Source of the DNA: Tubiluchus corallicola
Lineage: Eukaryota; Animalia; Priapulida
DNA length: 64,000 nt
Reading direction: 5' to 3'
NCBI GenBank assembly: GCA_030141605.1
Contig: JAQGDQ010000110.1
Coordinates: 62,001-126,000 of the forward strand
The notes beneath the pieces are model-generated. The model did no database searches and was not told the origin of the DNA. It saw only the letters and a program-made list of their open reading frames with translations. The stretch's first letter is position 1. Each line of letters begins with the position of its first letter. The position numbers and the translations under genes were made by a program. Shown here piece after piece: positions 50,984 through 62,300 of this stretch.

Positions 50984-51085
50984 GAGCAAAATAAACGAGA
51001 CTCAGGCAGCTTTGACTTGAATGAGCAGGAGCTGAATGGTAAGACTGTGGTCGATGCAGCTACAAACACCATTTCAAACGGGAAG
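50984..51085 (+). CDS. APC: APC exon (EQNKRDSGSFDLNEQELNGKTVVDAATNTISNGK)
   Basis: ccctgcag acceptor, AAG|gtgcgt donor, 102 nt, phase 0->0; poorly conserved linker. Confidence 0.7.
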
Positions 51086-51569
51086 GTGCGTAAAATTATC
51101 GATTATTGCCGTCAACGTATTTTTTAAAGAAAAGTAGTGAGCATGTAGAATATGAAAAGGTGTGTAGAGATAACGTTCAATACATATTTGACGTATAGTA
51201 ATGAGTGTGTAGAAAGCTTGTCAAGAGTTGGATAAAATCCAGGGCTCCAGGGTAGCTGATCCGTGTTCCGCATTATCCATAACTTTTTAAATTGCTTTCC
51301 TGGTGTCTTGCTAAAATGTTATTATAAGCAAATTATTTAATATTATGTTAATTATTTGATGAATATTATTATATGCTCGAAACCGTTATATCAAGTATGA
51401 ACTGGTATTCTTTTACTTGATAAGAAGATGAGACTTTAAGCACAAGAATACTCAAAATTTTGTATCACCTACATACTGCCTTATTGCACACAGAGCCTGC
51501 ATTAGCAGCAACGCTGTATAAAACTGTAAACTGAAACTTCCGCATGACTGTTGGGCACAGCCGTTATAA

Positions 51570-51866
51570 TGATACGTTGTTTGAAACAAGTTTAGATAAT
51601 ATTGCGTGAAGTTTGAAAAAAATAACCAGAACATTCATGGCACACACTTCACTAAATAAGCAAAAGAGTAAATTACTGTATCTTGTCAATAATATTAAAA
51701 ATACGTTTTTTGGTTAGTGAGTGATGATACAGTGACGTTTTACCAGATGGCGTGAACTCACTAAGAATTTTCTTTTCTAATTACATAAGTCTTTCAAACA
51801 TGTTAGCGTAATGCAAAGTAATATAACTTTGTATGTAAAATGTTTTGTGACGTAGAACCCCTTTAA
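51570..51866. repeat. Dispersed repeat family A copy, ending CCCCT|TTAA
   Basis: Collinear with 11520-11830; the TTAA terminus suggests a TTAA-specific DNA transposon. Confidence 0.65.
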
Positions 51867-51951
51867 CGCTTTCCAAAGGAACACAAAATATTTTATCTAA
51901 GTACTATGCTTGACTTTTTTGTTTGACATTAATATTTGGTTTACCTCGTAG

Positions 51952-52165
51952 ATGTTTGTTTTCACATCACTTGATGATGAGCAGCCACCGGATGTGTCTT
52001 CATCTTCAACACCAGGTGGCAGTTGTAACAGTGACAAGGGCAGCATGTCAGTTGGCACACAGACGATCGGATGTCAGGAGGTCTCACCAATTGTTCACAG
52101 TCCAATACCAGAGCGAGATAAGAATCTATCAGTCCTCTACCATGGCGAGTGGGCCATTCCTGGAG
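51952..52165 (+). CDS. APC: APC exon (MFVFTSLDDEQPPD...HGEWAIPG-G)
   Basis: cctcgtag acceptor, GAG|gtaacc donor, phase 0->1. Confidence 0.7.
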
Positions 52166-52610
52166 GTAACCAATGCAATTTATATGTTGTTTGAGGAATT
52201 CATCTTGGATTTAAGTCAATTATTGTTCATCCTGTGTATTGTAGTTTTTTTTGTAAGAGTTATGCTATTATCTTGTCTCTGGTAGAAAACAGCTATTTAT
52301 TGTTAGTGGAGAGTCTTATGGTTTAACTCTTATCTGCTGTTTCTTTATAAACATGCTGATTAGTTTTTGTTTAAAAAGTTTAGACTTCATGATTTAAAGA
52401 ATATTGGTTTTAATCTCTTTGTTTGTTCGTTATATTATTGGAGTTCTTTATACGATTTGATATACTGTAAGTAAGTATGAATGAGCTCACTTGTTATGTT
52501 GGTTGTTGTTGAGGGTCTGAAGCTATTCCTTATAGAGAAAATTATCGTAAGATGAGGTACTGAAGAAATGCAAGTGACTTAGCCATGTTCAGTTGGTAAT
52601 ACAACGTCAC

Positions 52611-53240
52611 TTAAAGGAAGGCGGGATGATTTATCATATACTACTCCATTTTCAAATCCGATAAAAAAGTATACATTTTAACACAATTAATACTGCAAAA
52701 GCATTTCTGATAGTTAAATAGTAGATTAAAAACTTAATTAACAGCGGATGAGCCCAACTATTGATGACATCACAAACTAACTTAATTTTCAACAGCAAAA
52801 ATATTCCACGAGCGTGTTGCACGTGTTTGCGAAAGCGAAAATTGAGGATGCAGTGCTACTGTAAGATATTCAGTGTGTTGTATTAAAACTAGGCAAGTTT
52901 TAAGATAAAAATTCAAATAACAAATCTACCGCAGTGCTCACGCCCGAGCTGTCGATCATGTGTAGTTCATCACAAACTAACACATTTGAACTGAGTGGCA
53001 CAGCACCTGTTTTCTGTGCAATGCCTTTCTGAAATGCAGGCCCTAGTGCCCGTATAACTAGCGAATGGCGAAATGCATGTAACAGCGAAGTACTAGTTGC
53101 GTTAAATTGTGTTTGTGTGGTAATAATTCTTCCATGTAAGTCATTTTTGAAAAAAATGTACGTTTCCTTTCAATATTTTGAAGAGTAAATTGTTTTAACC
53201 CACAGTTTAAGATTGCGTCTGGTTTTGCTTTAAACAGACA
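52611..53240. mobile_element. Dispersed repeat family B copy (TTAA|AGG end, possibly Kolobok-like)
   Basis: Reverse complement of 26560-27245. Confidence 0.65.
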
Positions 53241-53642
53241 AACAGCCAGAGACAGTATAATGGACAAAGCTGTCAAGAAATGATTTTCCAGGTGTTCGAT
53301 TGTTTACTAGGTAGGCGTAGAGGTGCTTCATTTGGGTTGCTAAGTATATCGTGACCACTCAGATGTCCACTTTCCACTCAAATTTATTTTTTTTTACATT
53401 CCATATTTGTGAAATTAATGTAATATGTTAATAGCACTGACAGGCCGACTAACTTGCAAAAGTGCTGAGAACATGGCGCATTTAAAGGCAAGAACATCAG
53501 ATGTTCAGTTATAATCACAATAGTATATTATGAATCGTGGTTACATTATTAATAACAACAGCATTATGTATTGTAGTGTAATTACTATTATGTTAGTAAC
53601 TCCTAGTTGTTAAATAACCTTTTGTGTGTGTTTAAATGGCAG

Positions 53643-53809
53643 GAATGTTTGGAAGTGGTCCTGGGTCAACAGGCAGCGGGAGCAATCTTCGTCTTCCTGA
53701 CACTGACAGCGTTATGAGTTTCAGTAGTCAGTGGAGTGGGGTTAGCAATGTGTCAGGTCACAGCGGTGCAATGGCCATGAAGAAACCTCATCAGCAGTTT
53801 GGCACAAAG
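53643..53809 (+). CDS. APC: APC exon (MFGSGPG...DTDSVMSFSS...HQQFGTK)
   Basis: atggcag acceptor, AAG|gtagtg donor, phase 1->0; ends in GTK before the VEMV exon, as in vertebrate APC. Confidence 0.85.
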
Positions 53810-54300
53810 GTAGTGAAGATTTGCCTTTGAATGTTTGCAAATTGAATAGCCAATATTACTGTTGAAAATGTACAGAATTACTTAGCAGTGCAGAATGTTC
53901 TTTTGGAAGTTTGGTTAAAGGAAATGTGAGATTTTTTTTCTTCTGGCATTTCAAGTGAAATGTTTGTCTACAAATTTTTTATTGCCAACAAGATCAACAA
54001 ACTACCTGTTAAATAAAGGCAATTATTTTCCATGAAAGTTAATGCGATTACAGAACAATGAGTAAGAATGTACATACCGATATTGAACATATATACTGAT
54101 TCATGAAATGCTGACAAATTTGTGAAACAGCCTCGAGGACTTTGTACTTACCTTTCCAATTGTTTAGCAGAATTTAAATTCATAGAAAACGTGTTTTTAA
54201 TGAGCGAATGAATGGCACACAGTCAAAAGTCAAAACTGTGTTTGTAGGATTTTTTTTCAACATGAAGCAAGTATTATTATTTTTTATTTATTCATTTCAG

Positions 54301-54418
54301 GTGGAAATGGTCTATTCGTTATTATCAATGCTTGGCACTCATGATAAAGATGATATGAGCAAAACTTTACTTGCAATGTCTAGTTCATCAGAGAGCTGTA
54401 TCGCTATGAGACAATCGG
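54301..54418 (+). CDS. APC: APC exon (VEMVYSLLSMLGTHDKDDMSKTLLAMSSSSESCIAMRQS-G)
   Basis: catttcag acceptor, G|gtaaat donor; nearly identical to vertebrate APC. Confidence 0.97.
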
Positions 54419-54836
54419 GTAAATGCTACTACCTCCTTTGGTTGATCTCTATCTATTTTTCTGTCAAACACTAACAAAATTTCAATACATCAGACTTCTA
54501 TCTATTCTTCTATCAAACACTAAACAAAATTTCTATAGGTCTATGAAAAGTGTTGTGTACTAAAATATAAACATTTTCGCTTTCATTACTAGTGTCCTTA
54601 TCAGTTAGATATGCTGCTTCATCTTGAAGCAGAATGTTTTATTTTTTTAATTTTTTTTGGTGAATTGTGGGTTGGATGATAATGTAAATTCATCGTGCAT
54701 TTATACTTGCATAAAATGTAAATTCTTATAACCTGTGATTCTTTTATATGTAAAAAGCAAAAGTTATATGTAAAAAATTAATAGCTTTTAAACCTTTCCA
54801 AGAAGTGCAGCATTTGTATGTGTTGTACTTTGATAG

Positions 54837-55085
54837 GCTGTTTGCCACTGCTTATACAACTTCTGCATGGAAACGACAAAGAGTCGCCACTAGGAGGCAC
54901 TAGAGGAAACAAAGATGCACGAGCGAGAGCTGCCGCTGCTCTTCACAACATCGTGCACTCACATCCGGATGACAAGAAAGGCAGACGGGAGGCTCGAGTG
55001 CTCCGTCTTCTGGAGCAAATTAGAGCACACTGCAACACAATGAGAGATGGAGACAGTTCGTCCTCAGATGATGAGGGTTGTAAAG
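54837..55085 (+). CDS. APC: APC exon (CLPLLIQLLHGNDK...LLEQIRAHC...EGCK-G)
   Basis: ttgatag acceptor, AAG|gtatgt donor, 249 nt, phase 1->1. Confidence 0.97.
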
Positions 55086-55783
55086 GTATGTAGTAGAAGT
55101 TTCAATGCATAATGATAAATTAATGTGTTATGTACTATTGTGCTAGGTCAATTATTTTACAATAGTTTACGTACATTAACTAGCTTTCTAAGTTTGGCTG
55201 TCTTTAAGTTTCCTTGCATTCTTTCCTCTATACCAATTTTCACACTTATAATGTGTATTACCTCTTTTTAATGAGTTTAATCAGTTTAAAAGTACTGGGA
55301 TTTACCTGTAATTTATGCCCCATTCAAACTAGCAAGTTTTCTGTCACGAGTTTTTTCTCTCACAGCAAACTTGCAAGTGTGATCTGCTTTGCAAATTACT
55401 TTCGGTGAGTTATCAAAAACTCTCCGACAGTTGCTGTGAGTTGATTTACTGTCTACTGTGACACCTTGCAGTGAATAGAGAAGTGTCAGTTTATGCTTAC
55501 GACTCACAGCAAGTTTTGCTCTTTAGTCTGATCATGCCTTTACTGAAACTGGTGAGATGATGCAATAGAGAGCATGTATGTCGAGACTCATTTCTTTAAC
55601 AAACAATATTTTCGTGACCTAATAGCCATTTTCCAGTTGTTAATTTAACTCTATAGTTCCATTTGTTAATTTAACCCTATAGTTCCAGTTGTCAATTTAA
55701 CCCTATACTTTTTCCCATTGTTTGTGACGATAATTTTTAATGTCATCACATAATAATATTCAAAAACTTCTATTATAATTCAG

Positions 55784-55885
55784 GTGCCAAACCAGGCCAC
55801 ATTGATCATCATCCGGGTCCAGCAGTAGCAGCCATCATGAAACTATCCTTTGATGAAGAGCACCGGCATGCCATGTGTCAGCTTG
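55784..55885 (+). CDS. APC: APC exon (AKPGHIDHHPGPAVAAIMKLSFDEEHRHAMCQL-G)
   Basis: aattcag acceptor, TTG|gtatga donor, 102 nt. Confidence 0.97.
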
Positions 55886-57032
55886 GTATGAACATTGCAG
55901 ATATTTGTGCGACTGCACTTTTATGTTAGTTTTCATTGTCTGCATTTTTACCCATGCTGAGAGTAGTTAAAATGTGGATCGGGTGTTTAATAACATCTGT
56001 CTGTCTTCCCGTTTGCGATAAAATCAAAACTGGTAAAACTGTAATTACCAGTCTTGCATAGGTGTCAATGCCATCCAAGCATGATTGACTTTTGAGTTCA
56101 CAAAATTTAAAAACTTCTAGCTGATGGAGGCATAATAGCCAGACTTGGCTCAGGGATAGGTCAAAGTAAGGCATGGAAACCCATTGCTTTTGGTTCCCAA
56201 GGTCAAATGATGATGATGATGATGATGATGATAAGTCTTTATTAGCCACTTTTACAGGCAAAAATTTCTGTACAACATTATACAATTTTACATAGACACT
56301 AAACAGAGATTTTACAATATTACATGTTATGCACTCTGTAATTAGCTTTTTTAATTTGTGCGTATAACATTATTTGCAGTGATTTTAAACAGGGAGTATT
56401 AAAGTGAGTGCTAAAATCAAGGTTATTAATGAAGCAAGTTTCCTGTCTAGTAATATAAAAATGCAGATAAATTAATATACTAAATTATTAAATTCCTAAT
56501 TCAATATTTAAGTCCACAAAGCATTACAATCAATGATCTCAAAAACTACATAAATTTAAGCCCTGTTTTACTAAAATTTAGCAACAAGACCTTAAATTAA
56601 AAGTGTCCTGTACAAAGTAAGTTTGTGGCAATATATAATTTACATTTTTGTTGCAATACACGAGGTTTAAGGTCTCATTTCCCAGTTCATTTCAGAGGGC
56701 AAGGTCAATGTTAGGTATCAGAATAATAAATTTTTGCTCATAGTACAGGTGTGGTTCTGCACTTCAAGTGCAGTGCTTTTTTGTTATTTTATGTGAGTGT
56801 TATAACAGTAAATGCATTTGTGTTTTTGCTTAATAGCTTGATACCGTTGTCTTCGTCTTCTTAACATCATTGTTAGTGGCATAGTTAATTTGTTAAATTA
56901 CTTGTAAGAATTTTAGAAAGTGATCTTAGTTATACGCATCCAGCAGAACTAAGAATTTGAACAGGTTTGGTATTCATTATTGAAAATATCAATAAAACAA
57001 AGATTTTAGATAAAATCTACGGGCATTATAAT

Positions 57033-57808
57033 CAGAGATGTCACCAAAACGAAGTTTTCATTTCAATTTGCCGATACTTGCACTTTCGGTTAAGTTTTGG
57101 CAAAATTTATTAAATTTCGTAGCCGAAATTTCGGATAATTTACTGTAGCATTTTTCCCAGGTTTTACTAGTATTTCCAAGTGTTTACCTTTTCTTTTCTC
57201 CGAGATGTCAAAAACCAGTGCAAATCTTGGCTAAATTAGTTCAAATAAAGCGAAAATTTTATTTGCATAACAGTTTGTGACGCTCTTTTACTGGCAATGC
57301 GGCGTATCTTCAGTGCTGACGATTGTCAAGTTTTGGGTCTCCAAGACCAATCAACCGAAATATCAAACCATTTTTTATATTACTTGAGCAAAATCACATT
57401 TAGTTTTATAATTTATGAAACAAAGGCAACAAAATATCTACAAAATAAAATTTGTTTATTTTTAATGAAGCATTATGATCTTTAAACATTAATCATTAAT
57501 ACTTAAACCCAAATGCATTTTCTAAGGTAAACGACTCCATCAAACTTAAGGTTCTACACAACAAAACTTCTTTGTCTTTTTTGTATTAGAATTTTTTATC
57601 AGTAATTTTGCATCACAGCAAATAAAAGCAAACAAACAAAATAAAACAAAATATTTTACTTATTTTAGAATTTTCTTTTTTTCAGTTTTAATAGTAGTTG
57701 TTTTTGCAAAAATGTTTTGGCTCGGTTTCGTTTCAGTATCGATTTCCTGTGTTTCATAAATTTCCATTTCGGTTTTGGTTTGCAAATTCAGTTTCGGTAA
57801 CATCCCTG
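57033..57808. mobile_element. hAT-like non-autonomous element
   Basis: TIRs CAGAGATGTCACCAAAAC / GTTTCGGTAACATCCCTG; 8-bp TSD attataat/gttataat. Confidence 0.7.
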
Positions 57809-58073
57809 GTTATAATTAAAGAATTCTGCTTTTATTTTGCTTCTAATGTAGAGATATTTCGCAGCCCATTATGGATTACTTCCTCAGTGTAAACCTGAGC
57901 AATATGGGACACCTTTAAATGCAAAATTCTAGAACAACCCTACCTAAATACAGAAAGCCGTCCTGTCTATGATTGGTATTGCTATTAAAGAAACTTTAAT
58001 GACCATTATAGAATTTATTAAGAAGTTCCCTTGGTTTATAATGAGAACAAAAACAGCTGTATTTTCCATCTAG

Positions 58074-58291
58074 GTGGTCTCCATGCAATTGCTGAACTGA
58101 TATACTTGGATCACGAATGCCATGGAAACACGAGCGATCAGTACAGCTTGACACTTCGCCGGTATGCGGGCATGGCTCTCACAAATCTGACCTTTGGTGA
58201 TGGAACAAACAAAGCTTTGCTCTGCAGTATGAAGAGCTGTATGAAGTCATTAGTGGCTCAGCTTCATTCGCCAAATGAGGATTTGATACAG
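58074..58291 (+). CDS. APC: APC armadillo exon (GLHAIAEL...LRRYAGMALTNLTFGDGTNKALLC...EDLIQ)
   Basis: ccatctag acceptor, CAG|gttagt donor, phase 1->0. Confidence 0.97.
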
Positions 58292-59305
58292 GTTAGTGGT
58301 GTCATGTAGAATCAGTCACCTAATTTTCTCAAAAATGTCTAGCATGCAGAAATATGTAAAAACTGTCGGCAATTGACTCAAATAACTCCGCATAATTGAC
58401 TCTATATTTTTTCTGCACATGCTTAAATAAGATATTTTGTGTGACCAATGAGCTTTTATTATTTTTATGTCATCTTACTTCGCTTTTGTGCGCTATAATA
58501 TATGTAGAAACAATATCGTTAAGTACAATTTTTGTAAGCAAGGTGATAACCCGCCAACTAGCGGTCAGTTCTCAAAATAAAGGACTGTGTCCGTAGTAGG
58601 CAGGACTTTTTAGCAGTCCAGATTTTTGTCCGGCAAAGCAAGGTCCGGCAAACCAAGATATTGGTGTACAAACATCAAGGCTTTTTCTTCAGTTTTTCTG
58701 TTATTTTTGTTTCTTTTTTATCTTGTACATACAAGTTATTAACAAAGAAGGATGCAACGTAAATTAAAATGTAATTAAAACTGATGGTTAGACTTGTTTG
58801 TGCTTTAAAGATAATTCATGCTGATTGTGCTTTGGTACTTGAAACAGTTTTCTATTCGAATTTTAGCAAATGATTTTAAAAATGAGATAATCAACTGTTT
58901 TCCTGCTGTAAATTTGAAACTATTGTTGATCATTGTGTTCAGTAAAGTTAATGATGTTACAAACCACTATTAATTGAATTTTCATACCAAACTTGAAAGA
59001 TACCAAATGTGAAGAAGTTGGAATGCAGGCAGTTCCTGGTTCAAATCTGGGCTGCAATTCAAACTTTTTCACATTTCCTGTTTTATCAAGTTTGATATCA
59101 AAATTTGAAAATTTCAGGTTTGCTATATCATTAATAATACGCTTAACTTTAACATTATAAAATAAATTTCAAGTTTGCTATATCATTAATAATAAGCTTA
59201 ACGTTAATGTTGTAATAATTAATTTGTCACTTTAGCATTTATTTAGCACTATATGAAGCATTTACGATCCTGCAAGGTGCTAACTTCATTTGTTTACTGT
59301 TTCAG

Positions 59306-62300
59306 GTGACTGCAAGTGTCCTCCGAAATCTGTCCTGGAGAGCTGATTTGGCCAGCAAGAAAATTTTACGTGAAGTAGGTGCAGTAACAACTCTGATGAA
59401 AGCCGCCATGGTTGTGCAGAAGGAGTCCACACTCAAATCCATTCTCAGTGCATTGTGGAACCTCTCTGCACACTGCAGCGAAAATAAGGCAGATATATGT
59501 GCAATTGATGGCACCCTCGAGTTCCTGGTCAGTACCCTTTCCTACAAAAGCCCGTCAAAGACGCTGGCAATCATCGAAAACGGAGGAGGAATTCTGCGAA
59601 ACGTTTCTAGTCACATCGCTGTACGGGAAGACTATCGTGCTGTGCTGAGACATCTTGGCTGCCTGCAGATACTACTAAAACACCTGAAAAGTCCAAGCTT
59701 AACCATCGTTTCTAATGCTTGTGGGACTTTGTGGAATCTTTCAGCAAGGAATGCCGAGGACCAGCAGGCACTATGGGAAATGGGAGCAGTCGGGATGTTG
59801 AGAAACCTTGTTCACTCCAAGCATAAAATGATATCTATGGGAAGCTCAGCTGCCCTCAAAAATCTACTTAGTTCTCGGCCGCTCGGTGCTGTTTTTCCTC
59901 AAGAACTGAGCCAGAAGTCTGGAATGCCTGGTTTGCATGTAAGAAAGCAAAAGGCGCTGGAAGCTGAGTTAGATCAAAATCTTACTGAAACTTGTGAAAA
60001 CATTGACAGCAGTAGCCCAACTGGAAAATCTGAGTCTGATAAAAGAGCTCACGTCGGTACCTTTCCTCGATCCGGACAAGAATATCATCCTAGATCTTTA
60101 CTTCAAGGATCAGCAGTCCTCATCCCTTCGCAGGCTTCCTTATCTCATCGACCAATTCGCAGATCTGAAAGTTGCAATTCCGTTGGGAGCACACAGTCGG
60201 ATGTTTCGCACGACAGGATGAATCGTGGCCGTAACGTGATAGCTCGTAGCAATCGCCTGCTGGTTGAACGTTATCAAAGAGGACATTCTGCCAGTCCAGA
60301 TCAACGTAATCTTGTGAGGAGTCAGATTATGCCTCCATCGTGCAATGACGCTGAATTTGGTGTAAAAATAAGTGCACTGACTGCTTCATTCCAAGAGTCG
60401 ACCCAACCGACCAACAGTACTCCTTCACTTGACCGACGGTCACTGCCGTGCAGTCCTCGAACTAACAAAGCTGGCTTGGGGAAAGCCATGTATAGCAAGT
60501 ATGCTAACATGGCTAGACAGTATGACAGTATGTCTGCCGAACAAGATTATGAAAATGATCAACCTGTTAATTATGGCTTGCAATTTGATGAGTCTAACTC
60601 TGTTGTGATAGACCGAGACGACCGTCCTCCAGTTCAAATTGACAATTACATGCGAGACAACAGTCACACTGACTCAGTTGGTCATACAGTGTGGCATGGC
60701 CAGAGTAACAAAAGCCCGTACAATTCTATAAATCATTCGTTCAGCAGTCCAGCAGTGGGCATGGCATATGAGGCGTGTCACGTGCAACCAACGTCTGGAT
60801 ATGCTGAAACAGATCTAGATAATCCCGATCAACCGACTGATTTCAGCAAACGCTATGCGGAGTTTTCTGATACTTCCGAATATCACGCTCAGTTTTTCAA
60901 AAACAAAGTGGATCGCAGCGTGAAGTTCTCTCTTCAAGACAAAGATTCTCCGCTGCCGGAGAGTCAGTTCTACTCGCAACCGTGCATGGATGATGATAGC
61001 GTTATGCAATTTCACACAGAAGGGACGCCGCTAAACTTTTCAACCTCAACGTCTTTGACTGACTTAACAAAGGAGAAAGACATTGAAATAATGAAAGCTA
61101 ATGTAAAACATGAAACCGTGAGTGGAGTAAGCTCTCCGGACTCTCGTCGTGCAGACAGAGGTTCGCCCGTTCGCTCCGATCATAGTGCAAGTCCTGTGTC
61201 TCCAAGAAACGAAACAAATTACATCAAGACGGAAGATGACGCAAAGTCGCAAAACGCAGAAGATGAACATATTAAAAGTTACTGTCTTGAGGGAACTCCA
61301 GTTTGCTTCTCTCACGTGTCTTCTCTTAGCAGTCTTCACAGCACCGAGGCAGACAACAAAGTACTAGACAATACTGTTGTGGAAAGAGAAAACATTATGA
61401 TGGTGGAAAATGTTGATGACGAAGAAGACACTGCTAATCCAGAAACTAGAGCAGTTGCTGTTGGTGACGAATTGACTAGGGGTGAGGATGATACAGCGGA
61501 AAAAGTGGAAGACAGTCAACCTGCAGCAAAGATGGTCACATTTGATACAGCCGGGCTACCTTTAGAAACACCTATGATGTTCTCCCGTTCTAGTTCATTA
61601 GGTTCACTGGATAGTTTTGAGCAAAAATCAATACACGATGACCGCAGCTCAGTTTACAGCGAGTTTCCAAGTCGATTAACCAGCGGAATGATTAGCCCTA
61701 GTGAACTTCCGGATTCACCTTCAGAAAGTATGCCGTCTAGTCCAAAACACAAAAAGCCTCCTAGTTTTCCTTTAGATACAAAAGAAACAGCATCAAAAAA
61801 TGTTGCAAATAGCAAGGACACCAGCAAAGAGTGTCAGAAATTACCGGAAAATGTTTTCAACGATAGAAAAACAGCATTTGCAACAGAAGGTACGCCAGCA
61901 CAATTCTCGACAGTGACAAGCTTGAGTAGCCTGAGTTTTGAAGAACAGTGCAAAACCGAAAATGAAGAGGTACAGGAGGAACCATTGTTGGAGGCATCTG
62001 CAGATTCTAGGCGACTTTCACATGAAGGTGAACAAGAACCTCCCAACAACAGCAAAAGTGGGAGTGATAATGCATCTGAATTATCTGAAATTTCAGAAAC
62101 AGAAAATGACCAAGATATTCTTGCTGAGTGTATCAATTCTGCTATGCCATGGGACAAGTCAAAAGCAAAAAAGAATCTCAAGAATATTGTAGGAGGTGAA
62201 ATGACTGACAGTAATGTTCTAGCAAGGGAAACAACTGCTGGGGCAAAACAGGGTTTTCATGCAAGTGAAGTTCCAAATTTTGATGGTTCTTCAAAGAAAA